Shown one piece after another: positions 37,083 to 51,647 of a stretch of 64,000 bases of DNA. The notes below the pieces were generated by a model. That model was not told the origin of the DNA. It saw only the letters and a program-made list of their open reading frames with translations, and did no database searches. Made by a program: the position numbers and the translations under genes. The stretch's first letter is position 1. The number at the start of each line of letters is the position of its first letter. The DNA comes from Gnetum montanum (lineage: Eukaryota; Plantae; Gnetophyta): the NCBI GenBank assembly GCA_015680685.1, contig MNCI01000175.1, positions 1 through 64,000 of the forward strand, given 5' to 3'.

Positions 37083-37085
37083 AAT

Positions 37086-38015
37086 TGTTGAGCCAACCAA
37101 AGTTTGATCTCGAGTTACCTTCGTTGTAGAGATGTCACCTCATCAATGACTAACCCATGAGTCATATCTAGGGAGGAATGGTTCAAAGTCAAAAAGATCA
37201 TCAAGACAATAAATTATTAGATTCAAATTCAATTGAAACTCCACATTTATGGCTATTACTTATAAGTAAAATCAAAGTCTTCACCCTAACTTCTAATCTT
37301 AGGTTCAAAGGTGAAAACAAATGATTCAACCAAATTAAAAGCATATAATATTAACATAAATTTCAAAAGGTTACAAAGGATATGTTACCTAATTTGTGAC
37401 CCTACTCTACTATCTTTACAATGTAGAAACTTCACAACCTCATAAGAAGTTAATGGTTGTTAATTATCACAATCTCTCAAAAATCCTCCTCAAAAAATTT
37501 CAATATAGGAACTCAAGAAGGGATTCAATTTGGCATGCATTTCTTGGAGTTTGACTAGAAAAGGCCCCTATTAAACATTTGACTTCCTCCTTTATATTGA
37601 AGAAGACTTGACCAAAATTAGGAAAATATAATTATCTAGAAAATTGATTTGCATCAAAGAATTCAATGTCAATTAGTTACAAAATATCGAACTATATCAC
37701 TATCATTGTGTTCTTCGATGACCAATTTAAATTACCCTAGTGATGCAAATTGATATCTTAATCCTTTGGCAAGGTACTTTCTCCTGTAATTCAATGATAT
37801 TAATCCTTGTTATGCTAGCTACAAAGATCAATATGTTTTAGATCAATTTCCACCAATCTCACGATGACCTATGATAAGAAAGAGTTAATAAAGAAATTAG
37901 TACTTATCAATAGTTATGACAAAAATTGATGATCTTCAATAAGGTAAAATAGTAACAAAAATAAAAAAATTAAGTCTTTAATAAGTTAAAAACTGGAAAA
38001 ATTGGGGGTTCAACA
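37086..38015 (-). mobile_element. LTR-b of the tandem Athila-like family
   Basis: TGTTGA...TCAACA inverted termini. Aligns to 11531-12437. PPT (reverse complement AGTTGGGGGCC) at ~38017-38027. Confidence 0.88.
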
Positions 38016-41000
38016 AGGCCCCCAACTAGACTCTAGCTAGTGCTTGGCCAACTAAGTTGATTAAATATATAAATTTCCCAATAAATATGAACTGCTAACC
38101 TGCATAACACCACTAATAAAATAGCTAGCCAAAATAGTGAAACTAAAATTTGATATATATTGGCATAATTTTCCCACCTGTATCCTTCTACAAAGAGAAG
38201 TCAAACTATATCATATTATATTTGGATGATTATATATGTATAAAAAAATAAAAACAAACATTAACCATTAATCATCCATCATAGTTTCAATTTAAAAATG
38301 AAAATTAAATTGTTCATGTATCACCATAATGTCTACATAGCCATACAAACAAACAAGAATAAGATAAAAATGAGACAAGGATCAATCCTCTTATCCTCTC
38401 TCCACCTCCTGTCTTCTTTGAAATGAAAGGACTCTACCCCTTCATCATCATCCTGGATTTGAGGGTGGACATGTTTTTGAATGTCTGCCATCCTCTTATC
38501 CATGGTGATGAGGGTTGAGCTAACCATCTCTAACACTATCAAAATCTCCTATTCGATAGATTGAATCTTTTGAAGCTAGTTGTAGACCTCCATTTTAAAC
38601 TCTTGAACTTCACTAGCTTCAAGTGACAAGGAATAGCCTTAGTTATCTAATTCATTGACAAATGATCCATCCTTTATATAAATCTTTAGGAAATGGATGA
38701 AGGTGTCCTTCTTGAGGACTATAACGTGCACCTTCATGCCCATTTGAAGCTCTAGTACCCCACACTTTTGAAGAATGGTAGAGATGAGGAATTAAAATTC
38801 AAGCTTCAAGGAATCTTCATTATAATGATAAATAAGATACTAGATCGAGAGGTAAGAAAAATTTTCTTTCTTACCTAACTTCAAAAAATTTATCACATGA
38901 AGTGTAGGATTGATCACATAGGTTGTGTGTGTGGATGGTAGAACACTTGTAATGATTATCTATGATATTACATGGTGTTCTAGGCAAAGGTTTACAAAAT
39001 GTAAACCTTATTCCTATAGCTACCCAAAGTTTGATTTACTAATGAATTAGTGAAAGAAAGTGTGCTTCTCTTTTGTGCTAACCTTATATCCAAAGTCATC
39101 CCCCATAGCTAATAATCTGAACCACTTCGGAAGCCTAAACACCATCACTTTTACACATGTCTTCTTGACAAAGGAGATCAAATAATTCTTTGAGGGATCG
39201 AACTTCATGAGGTGTGTTGGTTGAGGTTCCTATAGAATTCCAAGACCTCTTCTTGTATGAACCAATACATGGAGAGTCGAATAAAGGTCCCACATCCCAT
39301 TATCTTCAACTACTACCATACCATGACATCCATGTGGTCAAACCACTCAAAGTAATTAGTCTCATGGTGCCATGGAATAATTTTTAGGAATTCACTCCTA
39401 GATGCCTATAATATAAGAAAAAGATTAAACATATTGAAATTACTAGCTATCTCTTTGGTAAACCCCATGCTTGGCTTCACCTATTCCTTTGCACTAGAGA
39501 ATTTATCCATTTTATACCAGGGTAAGAGTTGCATAGGAGAGAAAAAAAATTTATCATTCCATTATTAATCTAAAAAAAATCATTTTTGGTGGGTAAGTAA
39601 GCCTTAATTTGCAAAAGAAACAATGGATCTTTCACTTTTAGACCCCACTCTTTGGCTATGTTCCCTCATTAAGTAGGCACTACTCATTCAACTAGAAATA
39701 GAGAAGAAATTGGAGGCCCTAATCTAGAGATAAATCAGAGGCCCTAACTATAGCAAGGATTTTTGATAATGGTTATCTCCCGTATGAGGTGGTGGATTTA
39801 TACCACCCAGTACCTTAATATTACATTTATTTTATTTTTTGTATTTCAAAAATATCAATTTTCATCGCAATATCAATCTGGATAGATACAAATTGGGTTA
39901 GACTTCATAAAAAAATCAATATAGATCAATATATAGTGTTCAAGCTTCTAATATATCAATTTTCATCAATACAATCAACATGAATCAATATCTCTAAACA
40001 ACATATCAAACTTTGTTAAGGCCATCCTATTCAAACATAAGATATATAGAAAAATTTGATCTTCATCAATCCATATTAATTAAATCAATATGAATCAATA
40101 TCCTTGTTGTTTCACATCTCCATTTAAATTGATAAAATAGATAATTATATTGATAACTTGAATTTTGTTTTACATCCTATCAATTCATATTGTGAGAATC
40201 TATATACCTCAAGTTTACTTTTAACAAGATATCAAACCCACAATGTGTCTTGATATGGCCAATTCTAGAAATTTTAAGTTTCTAGAACTAACATCTATGA
40301 ATATCAATGTCATGATATCATTCAATAAAATAATTTGTGATAATTGTCTAACATCATGTGATGTAATACAAATCAATTGTAGAGTGATAAATTTATTCAC
40401 TTAATAATATACAAAGTTTTATTCCTTTTTCAACTTCTCATGGTTGATTCTTATTATTTGGGTAGGATTCCATATATAACTCTATTAGGAAGATCCTTCC
40501 TAGCATTAATTGGGCTAGACATCAACTCACAAGGTTTGCTTCATTTGGTGCAAGAATGTCTTACAAACTCAAGGTCTTGACCTTTCCTAGGTTTTAACAA
40601 TCTGAGATGCATTTCTTACATCAAACTCATTCCCTAACTTGCTCTTGGATTAGCTTCAATGTTGGTTATACCCTACTATCCTATCCATTTGAAGTTGGTT
40701 ATCTTCCTCCCCCTTAATTAAACTAGGATATGTCCCATACCTAGGTTGATTAGTTAAATGATTATTAAATAAATGGAAACTGGGATGGCCAAGAATATAT
40801 ACCAAAAAGGAAAATTATCATGGGTTTTATATATCCTTCAATATTTATGGAATACTAGTAGATTTGGGCCTTGTAAATGTTAGTATCCATAATGCTCCGC
40901 CATAGTAGGAATCTCAACCACTAGTACCTATGAAGGACATAATGGGAAACACATGTAAGACACTCAAGCTGGAAGGACCAGTAAACATAAAAGATGGTAT

Positions 41001-42290
41001 CTCAATAGAAAGTAGGAGGGATATAGCTAAAAATATAGAAGCAAAATACGAATAAACAATACTTTTTAAATCATGAAGTAACATGAAGCAAAGGACAAAA
41101 TAAGCAAAGGTAAATGGTCAAAAATAAAAGGAAGTAGTAAAATACCTCTTGAGATAAGTCAATACACCTTGTCCAGTGTCATACCCTAGCTTAAATGTGA
41201 TACCATATAGAATAAGTATGAGAAATTTCTACTTCACCCATGGACACTCTACTTACAAAAGGAGGTTCATGAGGGATGTTGAAATTGTGAGCCTTTTACA
41301 TCACTCCAACCATAAGGTTCTTGTGGGAGTGTGGCCTTGCTCATGATTGAAGGTTCTTGTGGGACCCTATTCTCATATTGACATTTTTTTCTTTTTTCTA
41401 TTTTTTAACTTTGATTTTCTTTCTATTCTTTTTTATTTTTATTTTATTTTATTGGAAGTAGATAATAAGGCCTTCTTCAATCATGAGGTTCTTATGGGGC
41501 CAAAAAATATTTTTGAATCTATTTAATGGGTTGCTCACTTGGATGCTAATTAAGTTTCTCATGTTGGTATCACCTTTACTACTAGTTCCAATATGACACA
41601 CACTTTTCTCCTTATTAACTTATCCAAGAAAGTAATTACTAGAACCATTCAATAATGCTCAAGAGCCAAACCTAGTTATTGCTCCTATGATTTATGAAAC
41701 TTATAAGACTTAAATAATATTGTAATGAAGAAAAACAAAAAGAGTTCTTTTACATAGTTTATTGGCTTAGTAGTATAAGGCTCACCCTTAGATGGATTTT
41801 GGATTTAGATTGACCTATCTCAAGGTAGGGGAAGTTGTCCTTCTCCCTTGCATTGCAAAAATGATGCTAATGAATTATTTAAAGTTGCAACTAACAATAG
41901 AATTTTTTATTGTCCTCTAAAGTTTTCAAGGTAAAATTTGTAGATTAAAATATTTCATTTATTATATTATAGTATTACATAAGGCATTTGTTGATGGTTA
42001 CTACCCATGGCCTAAACTTCTAATTGAGCCTTTTTATTTCCTCCATCATCCTTGAGATAAGTTGGTTCACCTAGCTCTAATATTTCTTCTTCACCTTGAT
42101 CCTCAATTTGATTCTAATGAGATATCATAATTCTTTATGCATTGACCAAAAATGTAGTTGATAAATCATCAATAGGTGAAGTTAAAACACTTTCATTATT
42201 GTGGGGTTATACCACTAAATAAGGGCCTTTCCACTAAGTCGTTAATTTCACTTGAAATTTATGTAGTCTCATGTTACACAAAAAATCTTT
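38016..42290 (-). mobile_element. 3' part of tandem unit 1 (integrase tail, non-coding region, env-like ORF, PPT)
   Basis: 40295-42290 aligns to 30170-32250. Integrase tail (GPYLVV...TFLVNA) at ~42130-42260. Confidence 0.8.
38333..39700 (-). pseudogene. Decayed Athila env-like / putative plant transposon protein ORF
   Basis: YWFIQEEVLEFYRNL at ~39222-39268 resembles the V.EFY.N motif of the Athila extra ORF. The C-terminal helical/acidic piece is ORF 38333-38542. Located between integrase and the 3' LTR. Confidence 0.55.
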
Positions 42291-42437
42291 AGTTATCCAA
42301 AGAAAACCTCACTTAATCTTACAAGATGTTGAGCTACAAATAAAATTATATGACCATAAAACTTTTAATGGATATTGATTTGAATTACCTCAAGGTGGGA
42401 TCAATGTACAAAATCTCACAAGGTGGGGTTTGGTAAT

Positions 42438-43374
42438 TGATGAGGGGCGAGGTACCCCTATGCTCAACCATATGAATATGAGCATTTCATGCACGATCCA
42501 GTTGAATTTTAAGGACTAAGTGCTTATGCACCCTTGTGGAACAAGGACGAGTTGGTTGATCATTGTCTTCCAAAGCTTACCTGAATGTCATGATTGTATG
42601 GTTAAGTAAGCTTGAGGCATATGATTTTTATAGCTTTTATGTTTTTATGTTTTGCACTGGTAGGGAAGGAGAGAGAGATAACTAAGTGACTAATTTAACT
42701 TAACTACTAATTAACTAGGCTTTAACTAATCCTAATACTAGTATCAATTCTCACTTTCCGTACACATCCTAAACTAGTGCAACACTACTAAGATTACCAA
42801 ATGCTAATTGTTACTGCGTTACCAAGTGTTACATGCATGCTCGAAGTGATCATACTATGTAATTTAACAATTTTCTTAATTGATCAAAATGAATTACTAC
42901 ACTAATAACATAAATGTAAAGTGCATAAAATAAAATAAATGCATAAGAAAACAAATCTCAAGTGCTACAAGGATGAATTAAAGAGCTCGTCTTTATTGCT
43001 GTATGTAAGGTGTGCTCAGGTACATAATTCTTGAATAAATATCCATCCACACTTTGACCTCCTGCTGTGGGCACTTGGAAAATACTCTAACTTTCAAACA
43101 GACTACAAGATTTTTGCTACTTGACTGGTAAAAGACTTCTTCCCAATTATGCACCTGGGCACTGTATTTATAGGCTTGGGAGAAACTACTCTAATAATTA
43201 GAGTAATTGCTGTAATAATTGGAATAACTGCTAAAGCAACTGCTAGAGTAACCACTCTAATAATTAGAATAACTACTAAAGTAACTGCTAGAATAACCAC
43301 TCTAATAATTAGAATAACTGCTAAAGTAACCACTCTAATAATTAGAATAACTACTAGAGTAACCACTCTCATCA
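42438..43374 (-). mobile_element. 3' LTR
   Basis: TGATGAG...CTCATCA inverted termini. Repeat of 51648-52584. Confidence 0.93.
43185..43370. repeat. U3 tandem array of ACTCTAATAATTAGAGT pseudo-palindromes and TAACTGCTARAG units
   Basis: Read directly. A counterpart with a different unit order lies at ~52392-52580. Confidence 0.9.
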
Positions 43375-45389
43375 TACCCCCACGATTGAATGAAAACTTA
43401 TCCTTGAGTTCCTTACAAAATATTGGGAAGGTATCATATTATTAACTAACTGACAACTGATTGTGGAATGGGATGACAGACTCAATGTGCCTAGTGAATG
43501 GATCAATAAGAATATTACAAAATTAGTGTTCATGACCATTGTGGTGAACACTTATACATAAATGACATCCAAGCCTTATTTGGCAGCTTGAAGAGAAAGA
43601 GAGAGAAAGAAGATGAAACGTGTTGCAACCAATGTCAAGATTGCACTTATGATTGTTTACCCATAGCCACGCCACCAGACTTGCTCCTTTTGTAAACACT
43701 CCAGTCCTAGTCCATCTTGAGTGCTTCCTCCAAGCCCAGTCCATTATTTGTATGATCACCATATGCACAGACAACATAGTCACAAATGAGAAAGGATAGA
43801 TAAACCACAATGTAGTTGATACCTTGCCTCGATATGAAGTGCATTGGCTAAGTTGTGGTTATGGCAGAAACTAGTTTAGAGATTTTTCACTGGTGACTAC
43901 CCTAGGTATAGGGGTTAGGTAAACAATAGAATGGAAAAAAATAAAAAATTTGTGCCAGGGCCCCCATGACTAAGCATGAACCTCTGGTAGCTATAAGATG
44001 GAAAAACATGAGCAACAAGAAAGATGAAAAATTTCAATGGAAACACCAATAAAATGGATGTCATGGATGGGGATGAAACAAAAAATGATTGATTGCAGGA
44101 AATTTTTAAGGGAAAGAAGCTAATAATTGCACCAAAAATAAATGCTAGTGGATCCCTGCCAAAGCAGGCTCATGCCCTTTATGCTTTGACAAACCCACAA
44201 ACCAAAGAGTTCGTAGGATCTAGGAATGCCATTTGGAAGAAAGAGTTAAAAACTTACCCACAAGAATTTACCAAAGAAAAACAATGCATCAAACCAGAAC
44301 AGACTAATGATAAAACTGACAATGAGGTGGAAAATGGGAAGAAAGATGGAGAGGAGAGAATGGAATGGAATCCCAAGAACAAGATTGTGTAAAGCCCCTT
44401 ATGTATTTCATGGTTAAGATAACTGAGTAGAACTCATCCCAAATCCAAACTCAAACCAACAACATTCAGTGACCTCACATCAATACAATTGACCAATCCA
44501 TCCACTTGAAGCAACAAGAATGCTTCCACAAAAGTCACCACCATTTCGAAGAGAGCGACATGGAGAAGAAAAAAGTGAGAAAAGACCTTAGTTAGAGGGA
44601 ACCTTTAGGCATGGGTAACATGTCTTTCCAATTCCATAACTAGTGCTTGTAGCCCATATTGCTTTATTATGTCTAAGGCGTGTGCATTAAATTCGTACCT
44701 TTTTCTCTTTTCTCTCTCTCTTTTTTTTGATGTTTATGCATGAGAACCACACCATACAAAGACTTATTTTTATTCACTCAGCTTCCTAATATTTGAACAA
44801 TGTTAGAATGCCAGAAAACCTAAGAAAAAGCATCCAAGCACATAAGAGAATGACCAACACCAATGCATCGAATCCCCTTGACGTCACACCCTTTTCATCC
44901 TTTGAGTCTTTCCTTGGTTTGAAAAATATCCAGCCACCAATTCATTAACAAGTTTGCTCAGAAAAAGGGGACTGTATAGTTCCAAGCCAAAGGAGACTAT
45001 AGAGTTCTATGGATGAGTGGACAGTGTGGACTCATTGCTTGTTTTACCAAAAGAACCATACCTTAATATCAGCATCATAATTCAAAGGTAAAAACCAAAC
45101 ATTTGCAATTAATATGATATAGTTCAAACCACCATCATGAGCACTTATTGGATGATAATAAAGGTAAATCAAGCAAACAAAGAAATAGTAAAAATATGAA
45201 CGATGGTGTAAAAAAGAATAAGAAAAGTTGAAAAAATATGTAAAAAAAAATTCAAAAAGAACTAAGGGCATAAAATGGTTAGCATAGGTGGCCATCTCCC
45301 CCATGACTAAGTTGGAAGGAGGAGATCCAAAATAGTGAGCAGGGTTGTCCATCAAGAGAGGTAGCATGTGTACTAGTTGTCCTAAGCTC

Positions 45390-48300
45390 CTAGAAAGGTT
45401 TGGTTTGTTGCACATTGACCAAAATTTTCTTATTCGGGCTCTCAGGTTTGTATATTTTCATGGCCTCTAAAGGAAAAGTTGCATAAATAATATAAGGTCC
45501 TTCCCAAAGTGTTTGAAATTTAGTACATTGTGGCACATGTGTGGGATTCCAGTAGAGAATCTTACCTCCTAGTTGATATTTAACTTTCCTAATTCTTAGG
45601 TCATGACATTTTTTATTGAAGGCCTTGTGCAATTCATTAGATGACAAGGTAGCTAATCAATTTTCATCTAGGAAGTTAAGGGTTACTAACCATTATTTCT
45701 ATGCTACATCAAAGTCAACGTTGAGGTCACATGCTGTGGATAATGTATGGAGCTTAGTTTGAATGGGAAGCATTGGTAATTTACTGTACACTAACTCATA
45801 AGGAGAGTAGCCTATAGGGAGTTTCCATGTGGAGCGGTATGCCCAAAGATCATCATTCAGTTTAGTGCTCCAATCTCGCCTAAACTTGATAATGGTTCTT
45901 GTCAATATCTTCGTAATAACTTCTTCTTGACCATTCACTTGGGGGTGGTATGGTGTAGTCAATTTATGCTCAACCCCTAAGCGTTGCATTAATTTCTGAA
46001 AAGTTGCACCTGTGAAGTAAGTACCATTGTCTAAAATAAGTGCATGTGGCATACCAAACCTATTTATTATTTGTTTTTGAACAAATCATGCAACTCTAGA
46101 TGATGTACAATCTTTAACAATAGTTTCTTTGGCCCATTTTGTTAGGTAATCAATGGCAACAATAATATAAGCTTCTCCATTGGACATTGGTATAATTGAC
46201 CCCATAAAATCAATTCCCCAACTGTCGAAGGGTTCTAATGGTTGAATCCCTTGTTGCAGACCCTCCATTCTAGTAGTCATTGCCCCATCACGTTGATAGT
46301 GCTCACAAGATTGGATGAAATGATGGGTGTCCCAAAATAATGTAGGCCAATAATATCTTGCAAGTAGGATATTAATGGTTGTTCATCTCCCAACATAATG
46401 ACCCCCACAAGGACCCTCATGAGTGTCTTGGAGAACTCGTAGTTGATCTATATTGGGAACACACTATCGAACTAAGCCATTGAGATACACTTTGTAATGT
46501 TGCCCATTGATCTCCATAAAGTACTTGGCTCAGTCAAGAAACTGTTGTTTCTTCTTAGCGTTTAACTCTTGTGGTGTTTGTTGGGTGAGGAGATACCTAA
46601 GAATGCTACTGTACTAGTTTTTCTCCATGGGTGATTAATTATTCACTACACCAGCAAAGAGGAATTCATTAGAGAAATGATTAAAAATTGAATACTCATC
46701 CTCTTTGTTGTCCCATCACAACCAAGATAAATGATCAGCAACTACATTCTTGATGCCATTACAATTTATCATCGTTAAATTGAACTCTTGTAAGATTACA
46801 AGCCATCATATGATACGAGGGCTTACCATTGGCTTATTCATGAGGAACCATATTGCACTATGATCTATATGTATATATACTTTATATCCCAATATATAGT
46901 GTCTAAACTTTTCTAGTGCAAACACTATAGTCATTAATTCTTTCTTTATGGTAGTGTACTTAAGTTGTGCACTAGTGATGCTTCTACTTAGAAAGTGGAT
47001 GTAATAAGGATGCTTCTGGTCATCTAACTATATAGGTATAGCTCCTAAAGCATATTTGGATGCATCAATCATGATATGGAATGGTTTGAACCAGTCAGAA
47101 GCTTGTAGAATGGGTGTTTCTACTAGCTTCTATTTTAGAGTTTGGAAATCTAATTCGCATTCCCTAGTCCACTCAAAAGGTACATCCTTTTTTGTTCATT
47201 CCACCAATGATTTGGCATGCTTTGAAGAGTTCTCAATAAATCTCCTATAGTAGCCAATATGTCCAAGGAATGACCAAATATATTTGATAGTTTTTGGTTG
47301 ATGGGTAATTCCTTGGATAATTTTTATTTTCTTGAGGTCTACCTCTATCCCTATGTGTAAGATTTTGTGTCCTAGTACTATGCCTTCTTGGACCATCAAA
47401 TGGCTTTTCTACAAGTTGAGCCTCAAATTAGTTTCTACACATCTTTTTAACACTTGCTCCAACCAGTCCAAGGCTTGATCAAAGTTTGCTCCATAAGTGG
47501 AGAAGTCATCCATAAAGACCTCCATTCCATTTCCATTCTACTATTGAAATATGCTTAGAACTAGTCATTGAAATGTTGTAGGGGCATTGCACAAGCCAAA
47601 TGACATCTATTTTTATGTGAATGTTCCTCAAGGTCTAGTGAACATAGTCTTGGCTTGGTCTTCTGGGGCTATTTATATTTGGTTATATCTGCTATATCCA
47701 TCTAGAAAACTATAATAGCGATGGCCTGCAATGGTGTTTAAGACTTGGTCAAAAAATGGCAATGGAAAGTGATCTTTGAATGTTGCCATATTTAGTAGCT
47801 TACAATCTATGCACACCCTCCATTTTCCTCCTTTTTTAGGCACAATAACTAAGGGGCTAACCCATTTTCTATCAACAATGGGGTATACCCAGCCTTGAGA
47901 AGTTGTTCGATTTCTTACTTAACTACTTACTTTAGCTTAGGGTTCAATCGCCTCTATGATTGTCTTCAAGGCTTCATGGAGGGGTCAATGTAAATTCTAT
48001 GTTGGCATATCTTAGGATCTATTCAAGTTAATTTGGGATATGACCAAGCAAAGGATTTCGACCATTTATTTATTACCTTCAGCAATTCTTCTTTCTATTG
48101 AGGAGCAAGCTTAGTGTTGATAATTACCATTTTTTCATTTTTAAGAAATGTGTATTCGATATCGATGGGCAATGGTTTAAGCTCAAGGGGCTCCTACTTA
48201 AATTTCTCAGGGATTTCCAACTTTCTCCAATTAATATTTTCAAGGTTTAGACTTGGAAGTTGGTGGTGGACTTGCTCTAATGTGTCTATGCTATCAATAT

Positions 48301-51250
48301 AAGCACAATTCAAACCCTCAGTTGGTTTCATGCATATGAGTGAACTACTTTCTTGATAAGCTGTCAGCCACTGGGTGTCTTCCTATCATGTGGTTGCTAC
48401 ATATATGCATCTTTTTATGTTAATCACTTGTGCACACTAATTGCATGTAGGCAATGTCAAACTTTGCACAGACCATAACCTCTGCATAAAATTACACCCT
48501 ATGTTACTATATGCGATGCACAAAAATTTCTTCTTCCCAATCTTTCCAAATGTATTTTCCTTTGATATTTCTAGGGAGAGATCATGGATTTCTAATCATG
48601 CATTGATGGTGCTTATCCATGTTCTTCCCATTATGATTGGGAAGTCCCCCTTATGGTTGTTTACCTGAATCACTAGGAAGTCAACTAGGTATGACCATCC
48701 ACAAACAGTGGTAACAATGTCTTCCACTAGTCCCAATGGGATAGTGATGGATTGGTCAGCCAACTTTAGATACATGTTATTTTTCAATGGAGGCAAGTTC
48801 CAGGCCTGATACATTTCTTGAGAAATCAAGTTGACATAGGAACCTAAATCCAAAACATCCTTGCACAATGCATTTCTAGTAATTTGTAAGTATATTAGAG
48901 GACTTCTAGGATCAGAGAATTTCTTGGGAAGGTGTCCAAATTTGATCCAATCAATGATGACATGTGTTAGCATGATCATATGCATTGAGTGCAGTGGTTG
49001 AGTTTAAGGAGGCTTCGAAGTTTTGATTAATACTAAGGTGTCTAAGGAATTAGGCACTTGTGATTGCAAGGGCTTCGTTGGTCTATTGGTTCTAAAGAAA
49101 GGTCTTTTTCTCATGTGGTTGTTGGAACCAATAGTAGGTTGAGAGTTAACAACCCTTGTGGCATTACATTGTTGCAGCTAGGTAGGGATTTCACCCTACA
49201 TAGTTGGAGCAGGTGGTAGTGGATCTATTGCTAGAAGAGATGCGACCAGATGAGAAGGATGATATTCTTGTAGAATATCACCCCTAGAAGAGGGAGTCCC
49301 ATAATACTCACGAGCTTGGTTATAAGGTTGAGAGGTGATGTGACAAGTAGCATCATGTGGGGAGATCGGCTGCTGCACATAATATCCATATGGGTTAGGT
49401 TGTTGGTAAGGATATTGTTGCCTTGGTGGTGGCATTCCCCATGATTGTGGGTGCTTTCATTATTGATATTGCTTAATCGGTTGTGGTGGAGTTCCACTTG
49501 GATAATATGTTAAGGGTTGGTGGAACTGTCTTAGGTTACCTTGGGGTTAAGGTAACCTTCAGGGTGCTTGTCGTTTGTTCAATCGTGGGTTGAGTGCATA
49601 CACCGCCAGACTCTTGCAAATGTGAGATTATAGGGCAACATCCCTTAGGATGGTGATATTGACATATTTCACATCCACTATCATTATCTGTTTCTGAGTC
49701 CATAACCTCTTTAATGATGGCAAATTTTCCCTTACCCTTGCTACGTGCAGGTTAAACTTCTCTCTTTTTTCTTTTTTCGTGATCACTACCTTGATCTCTA
49801 GACTCCTCTACTATTTTAAGAATAGTTTGAAATATATTGTCTAGGGAATTCCACATTTGTTCTACCTTTGTTGAAACTTTTTCTGTCATCTTTTGGATAG
49901 GAGAAGTTTTTCTATTCACCATCTATTCAAGTGGTGACTCTTCTTCATCCTCACAAAATCTTACTCCCCTCTTCTAAAGGGAAGGATCTCAGTTATACTT
50001 TTCCACACTTTTTCTCTTCCATAGATCACCTTTTTCCTTAACAAATTGCTCCAATAGTCTTTGGATTTGATGGGACCTAAGCTCGGATAGTCTCCCTTGG
50101 GCATAAATCCCAAGGATTCTTCTCGTTTCATGCCTAAGCCTACCCACAAGATGGCACAGTTGATCCCTTTGTGAATAACCATGGCTAGGACAACGATGTA
50201 ATAGTGCATAGTATCGGCCCATGGTAGCATCTAAGGGTTCATGTCCTCCTTATTTCCAGCCTTGGATTTTCTTTCGCAAGTTAGATACTTAGGAGTATGT
50301 TTGGTACTTGTCATTAAATAGTTTTAACATAGTATGCCACTTACGAATAGATTCCGATTCTAAAGACTAGTACCAACTTTTCACTTCTTCAACTAGTGTT
50401 TGTGAAAAAAAATTAAGTTTTTGCCATTCATTCTCTATATTTTGTAAGGCACATGCATCATAGAATTATTGTAAGTGATTCTAAGGATCAGTGTTGTATC
50501 CCCCTTCAAATCATGGGATATTGTTCATATCTAATCTCCTGATCCTACTATCTTTCTGGTGCCTTTTTGGAATTCTAACAGCCTTAGTTGTGTCCAACAT
50601 ACTTCAAGTAGTGAGTAGAGCTTCAACATGATCATCTCGTCCATGGCATCTATGATTCCTATGTTGTTCCCTACTCTCCCTTCTTCTATGTTGTGACTCT
50701 CTAGAGTGCCCTCATCCCCTTTCCTAGATGTTTTGTCTATGACTTTCACTTTGCCTACCTTTATCCCCATTATCTTTTTCTTTATGACTACATCTAGATA
50801 CTAAAGGAGAGGATGAAGGAGATGATGAAGGTGAAGAGGAAGGAGAACCATCACCATGACAATGTCTACTACCTTCTCTTAGGTAGTCTCGGCCTCGATC
50901 GTAATTGTGATTAGAATGTTTGTCTTCATCATGTGTCCCTATCCCTTTCTTAGACCCTTTGTGCCCATGGGTATCAGAACTTGGGTTATGAATAGTGGAG
51001 TGAAGATTCTAATACACACCCCTTGGCCAAAGTCAAGGAGAGGAACATCGTTGTATGGGTGATTGCTTAAGGTAGGTTCACCATCCTCATTTTCACTTAA
51101 GACATGGGGAACATCCTGGGACTACTTACCCTTCAAAGACTTATGATGTCTCTCCTATTGCAAGTTCCATTGACATTGTGCCTCCATGGGATGGTATTCT
51201 CTCGATTCATAGCCTTGCACAATGTATTTTTCATGTAAGGGCTGCATGCC
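45390..51250 (-). pseudogene. Decayed gag-PR-RT-RH-INT
   Basis: VLDLGSYVNLI (PR), SFLGHIGYYRRFI (RT), WGIDFMG...IDYLTKW, DNGTYF, TPYHPQVNGQ and WEGPY (INT), gag remnants at 49961-50770. The 5' boundary is approximate. Confidence 0.9.
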
Positions 51251-51628
51251 AATTCATGTGAGAGCACAAAGAAGCATGGATGGGACTGAACGATCAGGAG
51301 GTAACACTATGTTACCTTCTAAGTCTTGCCAACGCAATTGTTCATCTTGATGGAGGATAAAAGTAAAGTCTGGTACATACTCATCAGGATGAATATATAC
51401 CACTTAAACTTGTTAAGGGACTAGTAGATCAACGTCATGTGTATTACACCACTGATTGTTTCCCATTTTAGACCTAGGCGGTGAAGCGCTTTTGTATGAA
51501 GAAGGAGAAATACTTGTTTATTCAATGTGTAATGTATTCTTGTTTATTATTTTCTTAACCAACCCTAAAGGTTCATTCCAATGATGTCAATGATTTCCTA
51601 AGTTCTAGTTAGCGCACAAACAACTAAG

Positions 51629-51646
51629 TCCCTGACAACGGTGCCA
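51629..51646 (-). promoter_or_regulatory. Primer-binding site, tRNA-Asp type
   Basis: Reverse complement TGGCACCGTTGTCAGGGA adjacent to the 5' LTR. Confidence 0.85.
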
Positions 51647-51647
51647 A

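Larger units (their letters stand above)
12438..37085 (-). mobile_element. Athila-like internal region, tandem unit 2, interrupted by the Tat element (12932-30116) and an N gap (31451)
   Basis: 12438-12931 plus 30122 onward match 38016-38545 and 40295-42290. Gag-pol lies at ~32040-36730 and the PBS at 37065-37082. Confidence 0.8.

Noticed and set aside
43103-43445. Overlapping repetitive ORFs (VVTLIIR / ITTLIIR)
   Set aside because: By-products of the LTR U3 tandem array.
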